Origin: Alphaproteobacteria bacterium
GTDB lineage: Bacteria > Pseudomonadota > Alphaproteobacteria > JAAXGF01
Direction: 5' to 3'
Length of the DNA: 64,000 bases
NCBI GenBank assembly: GCA_963555825.3
Contig: CAUVXB020000001.1
Span: 928,001 to 992,000, forward strand
Position numbers and translations under genes: made by a program. The notes under the pieces are model-generated. The model was not told the origin of the DNA. It did no database searches and saw only the letters and a program-made list of their open reading frames with translations. Positions 27,813 through 37,758 of this stretch are shown in pieces. Positions within the stretch are counted from its first letter, which is position 1, and each line of letters opens with the position of its first letter.

Positions 27813-29404
27813 GTCAGCTCCCCCTTGGCGAAATCATCGAGGATCTCGCGCGCCGCGTTGGCGCCGGGCGCCGCCATGACGCCGCCGCCCGGATGGGTCG
27901 ACGAGCCGCACATGTAGCTGTGCGCCACCGGCCCGCGGTACTTGGCATAGCCCGGGAAGGGCCGGTTGAACAGCAGCTGGTCCATGGTCAGTTCGCCATG
28001 GAAGATGTTGCCGTCGGTGATACCGACCTCGCGCTCGATATCGGCCGGTGAGCGCACCTGGGCGTGCAGGATGAGGTCCTTGAAGTCGGGTGCGACCTCG
28101 GTAATGCGGTCGATGATGTGTTGGCCGAAGGCGTCGCGCTTGGCGTCGTCCCACGGCCCGTCGGCGAGCTGGCTCGGCACGTACTGGACGAACACGCTCA
28201 TCATATGCTTGCCGGGCGGCGCCAGCGTCGGGTCGATGGTCGAGGGAATCTCCATCTCGATCCACGGCCGGTCGGACCAGCGGCCGTATTTGGCGTCGTC
28301 GTAGGCGCGCTCGAGATAATCCATCGAATGGCCGATGAACACCGAGCCCTTGAGCGCCTGCCGTTCGTCGGCGATATGCGGGAAGTTCGGCAGGCCATCG
28401 AGCGCGATGTTGAGCTTGCCCGACGAGCCGCGGTTCTTGAATCGCCGCGTCATGTCGAGGAAATCGTCGTCGAGCGCGCCGCCCCAGTCGATCCTCAGGA
28501 AGGTCGCCTTGGGATCGAGGTTCGAGACGATGGCGGTTGCATAGATCTCCTCGCCGTCGGCAAGCACGACACCGACCGCCTTGCCGTCTTTGACGATGAC
28601 GGTGCTGACCTCGGCCGAGACGCGGATTTCGCAGCCCGCCGCCTCGGCCGCGCCGCCGATCGCCCGGCTCACGCCACCCATGGCGCCACGCACGAAGCCC
28701 CAGGCGCCGACGTCGCCGTCGAGCTCGCCCATGAAGTGGTGCAGCAGCACATAGGCCGAGCCGGGCGAGCGCACGCCGAGCATCGTGCCGACCGTGGCGC
28801 TGCCGGCGAGGTAGGCCTTGATGACCTCGGTCTCGAAATACTCGTCGAGGAGATCGGCGCAGCTCATCGTCCAGAAGCGCAGGATCTCGTACATCGTCTC
28901 CTCGCCCATCTCCGAGAAGGCGCCCCAGATGCGCTTGAAGGTCTTGAGGTCGCCGAGCGTCAGCGCCGCCGGGTCGGGCGGCGTGACCATCAGGAGCGGC
29001 CGGATGAAGCGGCATTGGCGCATCATCGCCAGGCCGTATGCATCGTAACCCTCGGCGTCGCGCTTCGAATGCAGCTCGATCGAACGCCGCGTGCGGTCGT
29101 GGTCGGGATAGCTGATGAACGCCCGGCCGCCCGGCACCGGCACGCTGGCCCAGCCGTAGGGCAGGATCTGCAGGCCGTGGCTCGGCAGATCGAGATCGCG
29201 GATGATCTCGGGCCGCAGCAGACTGCAGACATAGGAGCAGGTCGAATAGGTGAAGCCGGGATAGAGCTCCTCGCTGACCGCCGCGCCACCGATCAGGTGG
29301 CGGCGTTCGAGCACCAGCACCGACTTGCCGGCGCGCGCCAGATAGGCGGCCGTGGTCAGCCCGTTGTGGCCGGCACCGATGACGATGGCGTCGTAGCGTT
29401 TCAT
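27809..29404 (-). CDS. Phytoene-desaturase-like (PYROXD2-type) FAD oxidoreductase
   Basis: IGAGHNGLTTAAYLA, GNIFHGEL, CGSSTHPGGGVMAAPG; start MKRYDA. Confidence 0.88.
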   Translation of the reverse strand: MKRYDAIVIGAGHNGLTTAAYLARAGKSVLVLERRHLIGGAAVSEELYPGFTYSTCSYVCSLLRPEIIRDLDLPSHGLQILPYGWASVPVPGGRAFISYPDHDRTRRSIELHSKRDAEGYDAYGLAMMRQCRFIRPLLMVTPPDPAALTLGDLKTFKRIWGAFSEMGEETMYEILRFWTMSCADLLDEYFETEVIKAYLAGSATVGTMLGVRSPGSAYVLLHHFMGELDGDVGAWGFVRGAMGGVSRAIGGAAEAAGCEIRVSAEVSTVIVKDGKAVGVVLADGEEIYATAIVSNLDPKATFLRIDWGGALDDDFLDMTRRFKNRGSSGKLNIALDGLPNFPHIADERQALKGSVFIGHSMDYLERAYDDAKYGRWSDRPWIEMEIPSTIDPTLAPPGKHMMSVFVQYVPSQLADGPWDDAKRDAFGQHIIDRITEVAPDFKDLILHAQVRSPADIEREVGITDGNIFHGELTMDQLLFNRPFPGYAKYRGPVAHSYMCGSSTHPGGGVMAAPGANAAREILDDFAKGELT

Positions 29405-29540
29405 CGCGGTCGCGTCGCTCCCCCTCCTACTCGCCGGCACATCTTGCCCTGTGATCTCGACTTGTGCGAGCATCTCGTTAGGTCTTCAATTTCGATACAA
29501 AATCCAGCTATCATCGGGGAGCCAACCGGGAGAGGAGCCG

Positions 29541-29877
29541 ATGACCGAATATAATGCTGCGGAGCATCGCCGCCACGTTCGGTGCACGGTGTACGAGCCA
29601 TGTGTTGTGCTGGTCGGCGACGAGGAATTTTCGGGGGCCGTTGTCGACATGTCGGTGGGCGGCGCGGCGGTGCGCCTCGAGGTTCAGCTCGAGGTCCACC
29701 CCCGCGCCCGACACGCCAATACAGTTGCAGATCAGCGGCATCGGGCGGCTGCGTACCCGGGTCGTCCGCTCGATGATCGATGGCGTGGCGGTCGAGTTCA
29801 ACATCGACCCGTACAAGGAGGCCCACCTGCTGGCCGCGCTGCAGCAGGTGCTGAGCGACTACCCATTCGACGAATAG
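29541..29877 (+). pseudogene. PilZ-domain protein with frameshift near the C-run at ~29700 (possibly a sequencing error)
   Basis: RRHVR and DMSVGG motifs in one frame; IGRLRTRVVR..GVAVEF in another. Confidence 0.75.
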
Positions 29878-29955
29878 CGGTCTGGTCGTTCGACGAATAG
29901 CGGTCTTAGCTGGACAATCTGTCGGTCGCTCGTGCGCAGCTGTGCGCCGGGTCTG

Positions 29956-30156
29956 TCAGGCGTCGGTGCCGCTCTCGCTGTCGCTCTCGACATGGCTGCC
30001 GCCGGTCTTGACCTCCTGCCAGAGGAACTTGACGGCGATGGCGAGCCCGAGCAACGTGACGATCCAGAGGTCGGGCTCCATCACAAAAATCGTCACCACG
30101 GCCATGAACGCGATGACGGCGCCCATGCCGATAGCCGCGAAGAGTTTGTCGAGCAT
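29956..30156 (-). CDS. Small two-TM membrane protein
   Basis: Two hydrophobic segments; last gene of the TRAP-amidase operon. Confidence 0.6.
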   Translation of the reverse strand: MLDKLFAAIGMGAVIAFMAVVTIFVMEPDLWIVTLLGLAIAVKFLWQEVKTGGSHVESDSESGTDA

Positions 30157-30218
30157 CCGAACCTATCCCTCGAACCCTTGGCCGGTTGTACAGCAGCGGC
30201 CGCGTCGGTTCAAATCGT

Positions 30219-31562
30219 TCATCGAGCGGCGCCCTCGTTGGCAACGCGGTGGACCAGCCACTCGGCGGTTCTGAGCAGCCGCGCATCGTCACCGCGGCGG
30301 CCGACCAGCTGGACGCCGAGCGGCAGACCGTTCCCGCCCTCCATCAGGGGCAATGTCAGCGCCGGCGCGCCGCAAAACGTCCAGAGCGTGCAGAAGATGG
30401 GGTCGCCTGTCGAGCCGAGCCCAACCGGCGCCTCGCCGAGCGCCGCCGGGGTAATGATCGCGTCGCAGTGCTCGAACAATCGATCGAGGCCGGCATTCAG
30501 AACCTCGATCCAATCGTCGGCCCGGAGGTAATCGACGGCGCGCACTTCTTGGCCGCGTTCGAGCGTATCGCGCATGCCGTCGCTCAACGCGTCCTTGCCG
30601 CGCGCGTAATACGGCGCGAGACACTTCGCCATATCCGCCTGGACGATCGTTTCATACAGCTCGATCGCGGAATCGAAGGGCTCTGGCAGCGCGACCTCTT
30701 CGCAGTCATCGCCCAGCGCCTCGGCGAGCTCGGCGAAGGCCGCCTTTGTCGTATCCTCGGCCTGATCCCAGACCGGCGATTTGACGAATCCCAGCGCCGG
30801 CTGCACGGGCGGGCCGGCGGCGACGGTCTCGACCAGCCGCGGCCGGCCGGTCGGCCGCATGCCCGGGTCCCTTGCGTCATAGGCCATCAGGGTTTCGGCG
30901 ATCAACGCAACATCGGGGACCGACCGCGCGAAGACGCCGACATGATCCATCACCGGCGACGTCGAGAGGACGCCGTGGCGCGAGATCCCGCCGCGGCTCG
31001 GCTTGAAGCCGAAGATGCCGCAGAACGAGGCCGGCCGGATGACCGATCCGTTGGTCTGGCTACCCAATGCGAGCGGCACCATGCCCGTGGCGACGGCGGC
31101 GGCCGAACCGCTGGACGAGCCGCCCGGCGTGCGCGATGGGTCATGCGGGTTGGTCGTCACCGTCGGCTCGAAGCCGGCAAGCTCGGTGGTCGCCGTCTTG
31201 CCCATGATGACCGCGCCGGCCTCTTTGAGCAGCGTCACCACCGTGCAATCTTCGGTCGGTCGCCGGCCGGCATCGAGCACCGTGCCGTTCTCGGTCGGCC
31301 AGTCGCGCGTGTCGAAGATGTCCTTGATGCCGACCGGAACGCCGTGCAGCGGACCGATGTCCCTGCCCGCGGCCCGCGCCTCGTCGCAGGTGCGCGCCTG
31401 ATCGCGCGCAAGAGCGGCATCGAGATGCGCCCAGGCCTTGATTTCGCCGTCGCGTTCGGCGATGCGGGCAAGACAGCCGTCGACCAGGTCGATCGACTTG
31501 ATCGTGCCGCGCCCCAGGTCGGCGGCCGCGTCGGCCGCGCTGAGATCGGCTAGGTCCATCAT
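30219..31562 (-). CDS. Amidase signature family protein
   Basis: GPLHGVPVGIKD, TPGGSSSGSAAAV, GSQTNGSVIRPA. Confidence 0.93.
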   Translation of the reverse strand: MMDLADLSAADAAADLGRGTIKSIDLVDGCLARIAERDGEIKAWAHLDAALARDQARTCDEARAAGRDIGPLHGVPVGIKDIFDTRDWPTENGTVLDAGRRPTEDCTVVTLLKEAGAVIMGKTATTELAGFEPTVTTNPHDPSRTPGGSSSGSAAAVATGMVPLALGSQTNGSVIRPASFCGIFGFKPSRGGISRHGVLSTSPVMDHVGVFARSVPDVALIAETLMAYDARDPGMRPTGRPRLVETVAAGPPVQPALGFVKSPVWDQAEDTTKAAFAELAEALGDDCEEVALPEPFDSAIELYETIVQADMAKCLAPYYARGKDALSDGMRDTLERGQEVRAVDYLRADDWIEVLNAGLDRLFEHCDAIITPAALGEAPVGLGSTGDPIFCTLWTFCGAPALTLPLMEGGNGLPLGVQLVGRRGDDARLLRTAEWLVHRVANEGAAR

Positions 31563-31582
31563 GTTCTACCGGATTCGGCCGG

Positions 31583-33424
31583 TCATCGGCCGTAGACGAC
31601 CTTGGGCAGCCACAAGGCGATCGCCGGGAACATGTATAGGAGGAACATCGCCAGGAAGACCATCGAGAGGAACGGCAAGCATCCCTTGAAGATCTGGATG
31701 AGATGGATGTGTGGCGGCGCCACGCCCTTGAGATAATAGGCCGCCATCGCCATCGGCGGCGTCAGGAACGAGGTCTGCAGGTTGAGCGCCACGAGGATGC
31801 CAAAGAACAACGGATCGATGCCGAAATGCGGCAGCATGGGCAGGAAGATGGGGACGAAGATGATGATGATCTCCGACCATTCCAACGGCCAGCCCAGGAA
31901 GAAGATGATGAGCTGGGCGAGGATCAGGAACATGACCGGAGAGAGATCCAGGGCGAGCACGAATTCCTCGATCAGGCCCTGGCCACCGAGATAGGAGAAC
32001 ACCGAAGAGAATGTCCACGAGCCGACGAACAGCCAGCACACCATGGCCGTGGTGCGGACCGTCAGGTAGACCGATTCCTTGAGCGCCGTCTGGTCGATGC
32101 CGCGCCACGCCATGTAGCCCACGACCATGATCAGGAAGCCGGTGTCGAACGCCCATAGGCTGTAGTCGTGCTCGGCGAACCGCTCGCCCTGGCCAAGCAC
32201 CGCGAACAGCACCAGATAGGCGGCGCCGAACAGCACGCCGACGAGCCCGGCGGCGCCGCCGAAGGCGAACAGCGGACGAAGCGCCGCGACGCGCGGCTGA
32301 ATCGCGGCCAGCAGCGGTGTGCGGTCGCCGCCGAAGTGAACGGCCGCCGCGATGGCGACGCTCATGACGATGCTGATGCCCGGGAATCCGGGCAGCGTGC
32401 GCTCGGTCGGCAGCGGCAGGCCGAACGCCCAATTCGCCGAGAGGCGGATGACGAAATAGGCGACGAACAGCACGACCGTCGCGATGCCGCCGACGCCGAT
32501 TGCGTAGCACCACTGATTATATGGCGGGTGCGGGTTGTGGCCGACCATCCATTCCGGCGTGATGTCGCCGGCCCTGATTGACGCGATGCGGTAGCCGGCG
32601 GCGAGGACGATGCCGCCGGCGGCGCCCATCGACGCGGCCTCGGTCGGCGTCGCCAGGCCGAACAGGATGGCGCCCAGCACCGACAAGATGAGGAAGGCGA
32701 GCGGGAAGAACGAGGTCATCATCATGATGATGATGTTGCCCTTCCTCACCGCGTCGATATCTTCCTGCTTCGGCGGCGGCGCGAGCTTCGGGTTCAGCCA
32801 CGCCCGCCCGATGACATAGATCATGTAGAGCCCGGCCAGCATGAAGCCCGGAATGATGGCGCCGGCATAGAGTCGCACCACCGACATGCTCGCCGCCGCG
32901 GCGTAGACGATCAGCATGATCGAGGGCGGGATCAGGATGCCCAGGCAGCCGCCGGCGCAGATCACGCCGGCCGAAAAGCTGGTGTCGTAACGCGCCTTGA
33001 GCATGGCCGGGAAGGCGAGAAGCCCCATCAGCGTCACCACCGCGCCGATGATGCCCGAGGCGGTGGCGAACAGCGCGCAGGTCGCCAGCGCGGCGATCGC
33101 CATCGAGCCGGGCAAGTGCCGGGCGGCGATCTGCAGCGTGGAGAACAGGCGATCGACCAGGTTGGCGCGCTCGACGATATAGCCCATGAACAGGAACAGC
33201 GGCACCGCCACCAAGACGTCGTTGGCCATCACCGAATAGGTCTGATTGACCAGCAGATCGAAGATCCGGTTGTCGAACAGGCTCTGCATCCGATCGACGT
33301 CGTAATAGGCGTAGTAGCCGAAGAATATGGCCATCCCCATCAGCGTGACCCAGATTGGGAAGCCGAGCAGGATCGTGACGATGAAGAGGCCCAGCATGAG
33401 AACGGCGACGGTTGGGTCGCTCAT
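31583..33424 (-). CDS. dctM: TRAP transporter large permease
   Basis: AVPLFLFMG, LGILIPPS, ATPTEAA, TSFLTPP. Confidence 0.9.
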   Translation of the reverse strand: MSDPTVAVLMLGLFIVTILLGFPIWVTLMGMAIFFGYYAYYDVDRMQSLFDNRIFDLLVNQTYSVMANDVLVAVPLFLFMGYIVERANLVDRLFSTLQIAARHLPGSMAIAALATCALFATASGIIGAVVTLMGLLAFPAMLKARYDTSFSAGVICAGGCLGILIPPSIMLIVYAAAASMSVVRLYAGAIIPGFMLAGLYMIYVIGRAWLNPKLAPPPKQEDIDAVRKGNIIIMMMTSFFPLAFLILSVLGAILFGLATPTEAASMGAAGGIVLAAGYRIASIRAGDITPEWMVGHNPHPPYNQWCYAIGVGGIATVVLFVAYFVIRLSANWAFGLPLPTERTLPGFPGISIVMSVAIAAAVHFGGDRTPLLAAIQPRVAALRPLFAFGGAAGLVGVLFGAAYLVLFAVLGQGERFAEHDYSLWAFDTGFLIMVVGYMAWRGIDQTALKESVYLTVRTTAMVCWLFVGSWTFSSVFSYLGGQGLIEEFVLALDLSPVMFLILAQLIIFFLGWPLEWSEIIIIFVPIFLPMLPHFGIDPLFFGILVALNLQTSFLTPPMAMAAYYLKGVAPPHIHLIQIFKGCLPFLSMVFLAMFLLYMFPAIALWLPKVVYGR

Positions 33425-34041
33425 TTGTCATCCTCCTGGCTGGCCGTGGCCTGCTGGGCCGGCACCTCGTCGTCGTGTTGGTGTGTGAGGACCAACTCCA
33501 ACTCCTCGACATCTTCGAGACGCGCCGGCCAGGCGCCGGTTTTCAGGCAAACAATGCACCGGCAAACCTGGGCGATCCCCTGCAGGAACAAGAGACCCGC
33601 GGCAATCGGAAGGACCGTCTTGAACTGCGAAATGGGAACGTTGGCCGGGCTGTTGATGCTGACCTCGCCGCTGCCGTAGTTGTACGACCACGACTCGAGG
33701 GCGTAGTCGGTTCCGGCATATATGAACGCGATGATCCCCGGGAAGAAAAACAGGAAATAGAGTGTCATTTCGACGGTCGCCTGGATTTTCGGCTTCCACA
33801 AGCGGTACAGCACGTCGCCGCGCACGTGGCCGTCGCGCGACAGCGTGTACGCGCCGCCCATCATGAACAGCGAGCCGTACATCATATAGCTCATGTCGAA
33901 CGCCCACGACGTCGGGTCGCGCAGCGCATAGCGCACAAAGACCTCGTAAGCGACGGCGAAGGTCAGCAGCAAGATGCACCAGGCAAACGCCTTGCCGACC
34001 CACGCGCTCAAGCTATCGATATAGAAGATCAACCGGACCAT
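33421..34041 (-). CDS. dctQ: TRAP transporter small permease
   Basis: YEVFVRY, GHVRGD; lies between dctP and dctM. Confidence 0.88.
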   Translation of the reverse strand: MVRLIFYIDSLSAWVGKAFAWCILLLTFAVAYEVFVRYALRDPTSWAFDMSYMMYGSLFMMGGAYTLSRDGHVRGDVLYRLWKPKIQATVEMTLYFLFFFPGIIAFIYAGTDYALESWSYNYGSGEVSINSPANVPISQFKTVLPIAAGLLFLQGIAQVCRCIVCLKTGAWPARLEDVEELELVLTHQHDDEVPAQQATASQEDDK

Positions 34042-34149
34042 TGACGATTCCCAAACCCGGCGGGACGCCGGGCGCGGCACGACCGGGGCGGCGCACGGCG
34101 GCGCCGCCCCGGTTAGTTTCTAACGTCGATTTCTTCCGCGAGCGCCGGC

Positions 34150-35301
34150 CTAGAACGGCAGCGCACCCGGGAAGTAGTGCTCGTAGGCGAGCTTGTAGTC
34201 GGCCGCGTTGACGATGTCGTAGAACGCCACCCGCTGCGACCAGACTTTCTGGCTGTCGACCACCTTCTTGAAGAAGGGATCCTCCGCGTTCAGCTTGGCC
34301 AGCACCCTGTCCCAGGAGTCGAGCTCGGCCTTCATGATATCCTCGCCGGTGCGCCAAATGTTGACGTTTTGCGGCGGCTCCATGAGCCACTGGAGGTCCT
34401 TGGAGTATTGGTCCATGGCCCAGCCGTAGTTGGCCGTGTTGGCGGCCTCGGCGCCGTACTCGAGAATCGCCTGGTGTTCGCCCGGCAGGCCGTCGTACAC
34501 GTCCTTGTTGAAGATGATCTCGAAGAACTCGGCCGCCTGGTGATAGCTGCCCATGTGATAGTGCTTCGACACGTCCTGCGCGCCGAACCGGCTGTCGGCG
34601 GTCGGGTTGTTGAACTCGAACGCCTCGATGACGCCCTTCTCGAGCGCCGGCATGATCTCGCCGCCCGGCAACTGCGTCACCTTGAGGCCCATGCCCTGCA
34701 TGATGTCCGTGGCGAGGCCGACCGTCCGGTACTTGAGACCGACCAGCTGATCGAGGCTGGTGACGTGGAACTTGAACCAACCCAGCGGCTGGGTCGGCAT
34801 CGGCATGGCGAAGAAGCTGAGAATGTTCAGATTAAGGATGTCGCGCTGCAGCTCGACCAAGAGCTCCTTGCCGCCGCCATAATGAATCCAGGCGAGAATC
34901 TGCGGTGCGTTGCAGCCGAACACCGGGCCGGTGCCGAACAGCGACGCGGCCTTGTTCTTGGAGTACCAGTAGGCGGTCACCGTGTGAGCCGCGTCGAGCA
35001 CGCCCTTGTGACAGGCGTCCTGCACCTGGAATGCCTTGACGACGGCGCCGGACGGCAACAGATCGATCTTCAGGCGGTTGCCGGACATCGCCTCGACACG
35101 TTCGACATATTGTTTCGCCATGTCCTGGAACGGGCTCGTTGCACCCCAGGACGATTGCATTTTGAGGGTCTTGGTTTGCGCCCGCGAGACCTGCGGGAAC
35201 GCCAAGGCAGCCGTGGCGCCCGCTGTCGCGACGCCTGCGCCTTTCAGGAAACGGCGCCGGCTGGCGCCCGTCTCATCGGTCTTCGACACTTTCTCTCCCA
35301 T
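34150..35301 (-). CDS. dctP: TRAP substrate-binding protein (TakP-like, Tat signal)
   Basis: SRRRFLK twin-arginine, QPLGWF, LPGGEI.PALEKG.I.A.EF. Confidence 0.9.
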   Translation of the reverse strand: MGEKVSKTDETGASRRRFLKGAGVATAGATAALAFPQVSRAQTKTLKMQSSWGATSPFQDMAKQYVERVEAMSGNRLKIDLLPSGAVVKAFQVQDACHKGVLDAAHTVTAYWYSKNKAASLFGTGPVFGCNAPQILAWIHYGGGKELLVELQRDILNLNILSFFAMPMPTQPLGWFKFHVTSLDQLVGLKYRTVGLATDIMQGMGLKVTQLPGGEIMPALEKGVIEAFEFNNPTADSRFGAQDVSKHYHMGSYHQAAEFFEIIFNKDVYDGLPGEHQAILEYGAEAANTANYGWAMDQYSKDLQWLMEPPQNVNIWRTGEDIMKAELDSWDRVLAKLNAEDPFFKKVVDSQKVWSQRVAFYDIVNAADYKLAYEHYFPGALPF

Positions 35302-35561
35302 TTGACATTCCTCCCTTATGGGTTAGCGCGTTTCGCGCTTACGCTTGGGCCACTGCGGTCGCATCCTGGGGATCGCTGATAATTCCTCCCGCAACACGTG
35401 ACGCAGACCCGGCGATGTCGCAGCAGCACAGGCGCGCCATTTCGACACCGGATAGCTCGGGCCGGAAGACTCCAACATTTTCGGGTCTGCCGCAAGCTTT
35501 ATCGCCTCGGCACACGGAGTTGTGCACGGCGTTCGGACGTCAGAGAGCCAGCTTTCTCGAA

Positions 35562-36527
35562 CTATGCGACGCGGTCGCGCGGCTCGTTTCCGGCGGTGAT
35601 CGCGTCGAGATTGTCGAGCGCGCGAAAGCCCATCGCGTCGCGCGTTTCGCGTGTCGCGCTGCCGATATGGGGCAGTAGGAACGCGTTCTCGACCGCGTGA
35701 AACGCGGGGTCGATCGCCGGTTCGTTGTCGTAGACGTCGAGACCCGCGGCGGCGAGCTTCCCCGAGGCCAGCGCGGCGAGCAACGCCGCCTCGTCGACGA
35801 TCGCGCCGCGCGCCGTGTTCACGAGAATCGCATGATCGGGCAAAAGCGCGATGCGCTCGGCGTTGATCAGCTTCCGGGTCTCGGGCGTCGCCGGGCAGTG
35901 TACCGACAGGAAATCGCATTCCGGCAGCATTGCCTCGAGGCTCTCGTGGAACGTCGCACCGGCCTCCAGTTCGGCGGCGAGCCGGCGGTGGTTGTGGTAA
36001 TGCACCGTCATGTCGAAGCCGCGCGCGCGCCGCGCGGTGACCAGGCCGACGCGGCCCATGCCGACGATGCCGAGGCGCTTGCCGGTAACCTCGATGCCGA
36101 CCATGAACGCCGGCGACCAGGAATTCCAGCCGCCCGAACGCAGCAGCCGCTCGCCTTCGCTGGCGCGCCTGGCGGCGCCGAGCATCAAGAGCATGGCGAT
36201 TTCGGCGGTCGCGTCGCTCAGCACCTCGGGCGTGTTGGTGACGGCGATACCGCGCGCCTTCGCGGCCGCCAGGTCGACGTGGTCGACGCCGACCGAGAAG
36301 TTGACGATCGCGCGCAGACGCTCGGGCAGCCGGGCGATCACCGCGGCCGACAGATTCTCGGTGTGACACGGCACGATGGCGTCGGCGTCCTGCGCGCGCT
36401 CGACCAGCTCGTCGTCGCTGTAGCGGCGGTCTTCCGGGTTGAAGCGCGGGTCGTAGTCGCGCCGCAAGCGATCCTCGACCGCGTCGGGTAGCTTGCGGGT
36501 GACCAGGACGGTCGGTCGGTCGCTCAT
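35562..36527 (-). CDS. D-glycerate dehydrogenase / glyoxylate reductase
   Basis: VTNTPEVLSDATAE, GIVGMGRVG, NTARG, LPHIGSAT. Confidence 0.9.
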   Translation of the reverse strand: MSDRPTVLVTRKLPDAVEDRLRRDYDPRFNPEDRRYSDDELVERAQDADAIVPCHTENLSAAVIARLPERLRAIVNFSVGVDHVDLAAAKARGIAVTNTPEVLSDATAEIAMLLMLGAARRASEGERLLRSGGWNSWSPAFMVGIEVTGKRLGIVGMGRVGLVTARRARGFDMTVHYHNHRRLAAELEAGATFHESLEAMLPECDFLSVHCPATPETRKLINAERIALLPDHAILVNTARGAIVDEAALLAALASGKLAAAGLDVYDNEPAIDPAFHAVENAFLLPHIGSATRETRDAMGFRALDNLDAITAGNEPRDRVA

Positions 36528-36713
36528 GAAGCTTTCTCCTCGGGATTCACGCACCTGTCGGCGGGCGCATTATAGGCACAATCGGTCGCCCTGTCGGCGA
36601 CCCGAAATTCACGCGCGCCGCGCGAATCGGCTTGCATTCTCACCCGAAAATATGATTAACGGGCGCCCTGGGACACCGGTCCGAGGCCGGGCCACGGTCG
36701 TGGGGGGACGATC

Positions 36714-36756
36714 ATGCGGTATTGCATCGTAGGCGCGGGCGCCATGGGCGGCTTGC
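36714..36756 (+). pseudogene. Duplicated 5' stub of panE
   Basis: ATGCGGTATTGCATCGTAGGCGCGGGCGCCATGGGCGGC matches 37759 onward; upstream ~65 nt also similar. Confidence 0.85.
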
Positions 36757-36864
36757 ACGGGCGCCATGGGCAAATAGATTCAGCCATTAAACGGTCCAAG
36801 AATCGTAGACAAAATTTTTCAAAACTTGAGTTTTCAGTTATCGCGCTATCGATGGGAGGACACC

Positions 36865-37581
36865 ATGCGAGTTTTAGCGCACGGACCACCATTTCGGCAC
36901 CCAACCTGGATCGACAGGGCCGTGACGCCTGCCCTCATGGGGATTGGTATGCAATCCTTGGGATTCGGCCTTCAGGCGCTTGTGCCAAGCATGCCGAAAC
37001 AAATCGCTTGGGTTCTGTTTTTGGGTGGAATGCTGCTCATCGGATTCAGCCTTTTTCATTGGGTCGTGGACACGATCCTACCCAAGATACCCATCCCTCG
37101 CTGGCTACCGGAAAAATTGAGAACACCAATTTTTTGGGCAAAATATAAACCGATCGTTGGATATGTTGAAATACCTCAATTTTATGTAAATGATAAATTA
37201 GGAAAGGAAAAAAGTCTGGAGATATATACTGATGTATTTATAACTTCAGTTTTCCCGTACGGGATGACGCGTGTCAATTTTAAGCCGTCTTTGGTCAGGC
37301 TATATGAAATATTCGATAACAAACGGCATGTTTTCGAATTCTCGCCGGTACTCGGTTCACTTATTTGGCAATTGGGGCCTGGCGAAACACGAATACTTCG
37401 TGTAAAATTTGAATGGAGCAGCTGCGAACACGGTTTGGCGCGATCACCAGACATTGATCGCGAATTTGACTGGCGGTTAGTGAGAGTTCGCGCGAGCCTC
37501 GTGGGCGAGAATATCGTCTCTCGAGATTTGCCTGATGTGCAAGGGCACGTGCTTGGTGTGAAGGAGAGGGGTTCCGAATGA
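36865..37581 (+). CDS. Low-GC hypothetical membrane-anchored protein
   Basis: GGAGG RBS, two N-terminal hydrophobic segments, AT-rich relative to flanks. Confidence 0.7.
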   Translation: MRVLAHGPPFRHPTWIDRAVTPALMGIGMQSLGFGLQALVPSMPKQIAWVLFLGGMLLIGFSLFHWVVDTILPKIPIPRWLPEKLRTPIFWAKYKPIVGYVEIPQFYVNDKLGKEKSLEIYTDVFITSVFPYGMTRVNFKPSLVRLYEIFDNKRHVFEFSPVLGSLIWQLGPGETRILRVKFEWSSCEHGLARSPDIDREFDWRLVRVRASLVGENIVSRDLPDVQGHVLGVKERGSE

Positions 37582-37758
37582 ATGCCGTGCGGGCCGCCGA
37601 ATGATTGCCCAATAGGTCTTCATTATCCGACCTAACTCACTGAGAATAAATCTGAAATTCCATTCCGGTAGTTTTCTCTTGCTGCCGTTTACGAAAATGT
37701 GAATAAAGGGCGCTCGGGCCGCCCGGTCGGCCCATGTCTCGGGGTGGGGGGCATTCCA

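Noticed and set aside
29865-29906. Short duplication TTCGACGAATAGCGGTCT after the PilZ stop
   Set aside because: Simple local slippage duplication without further structure
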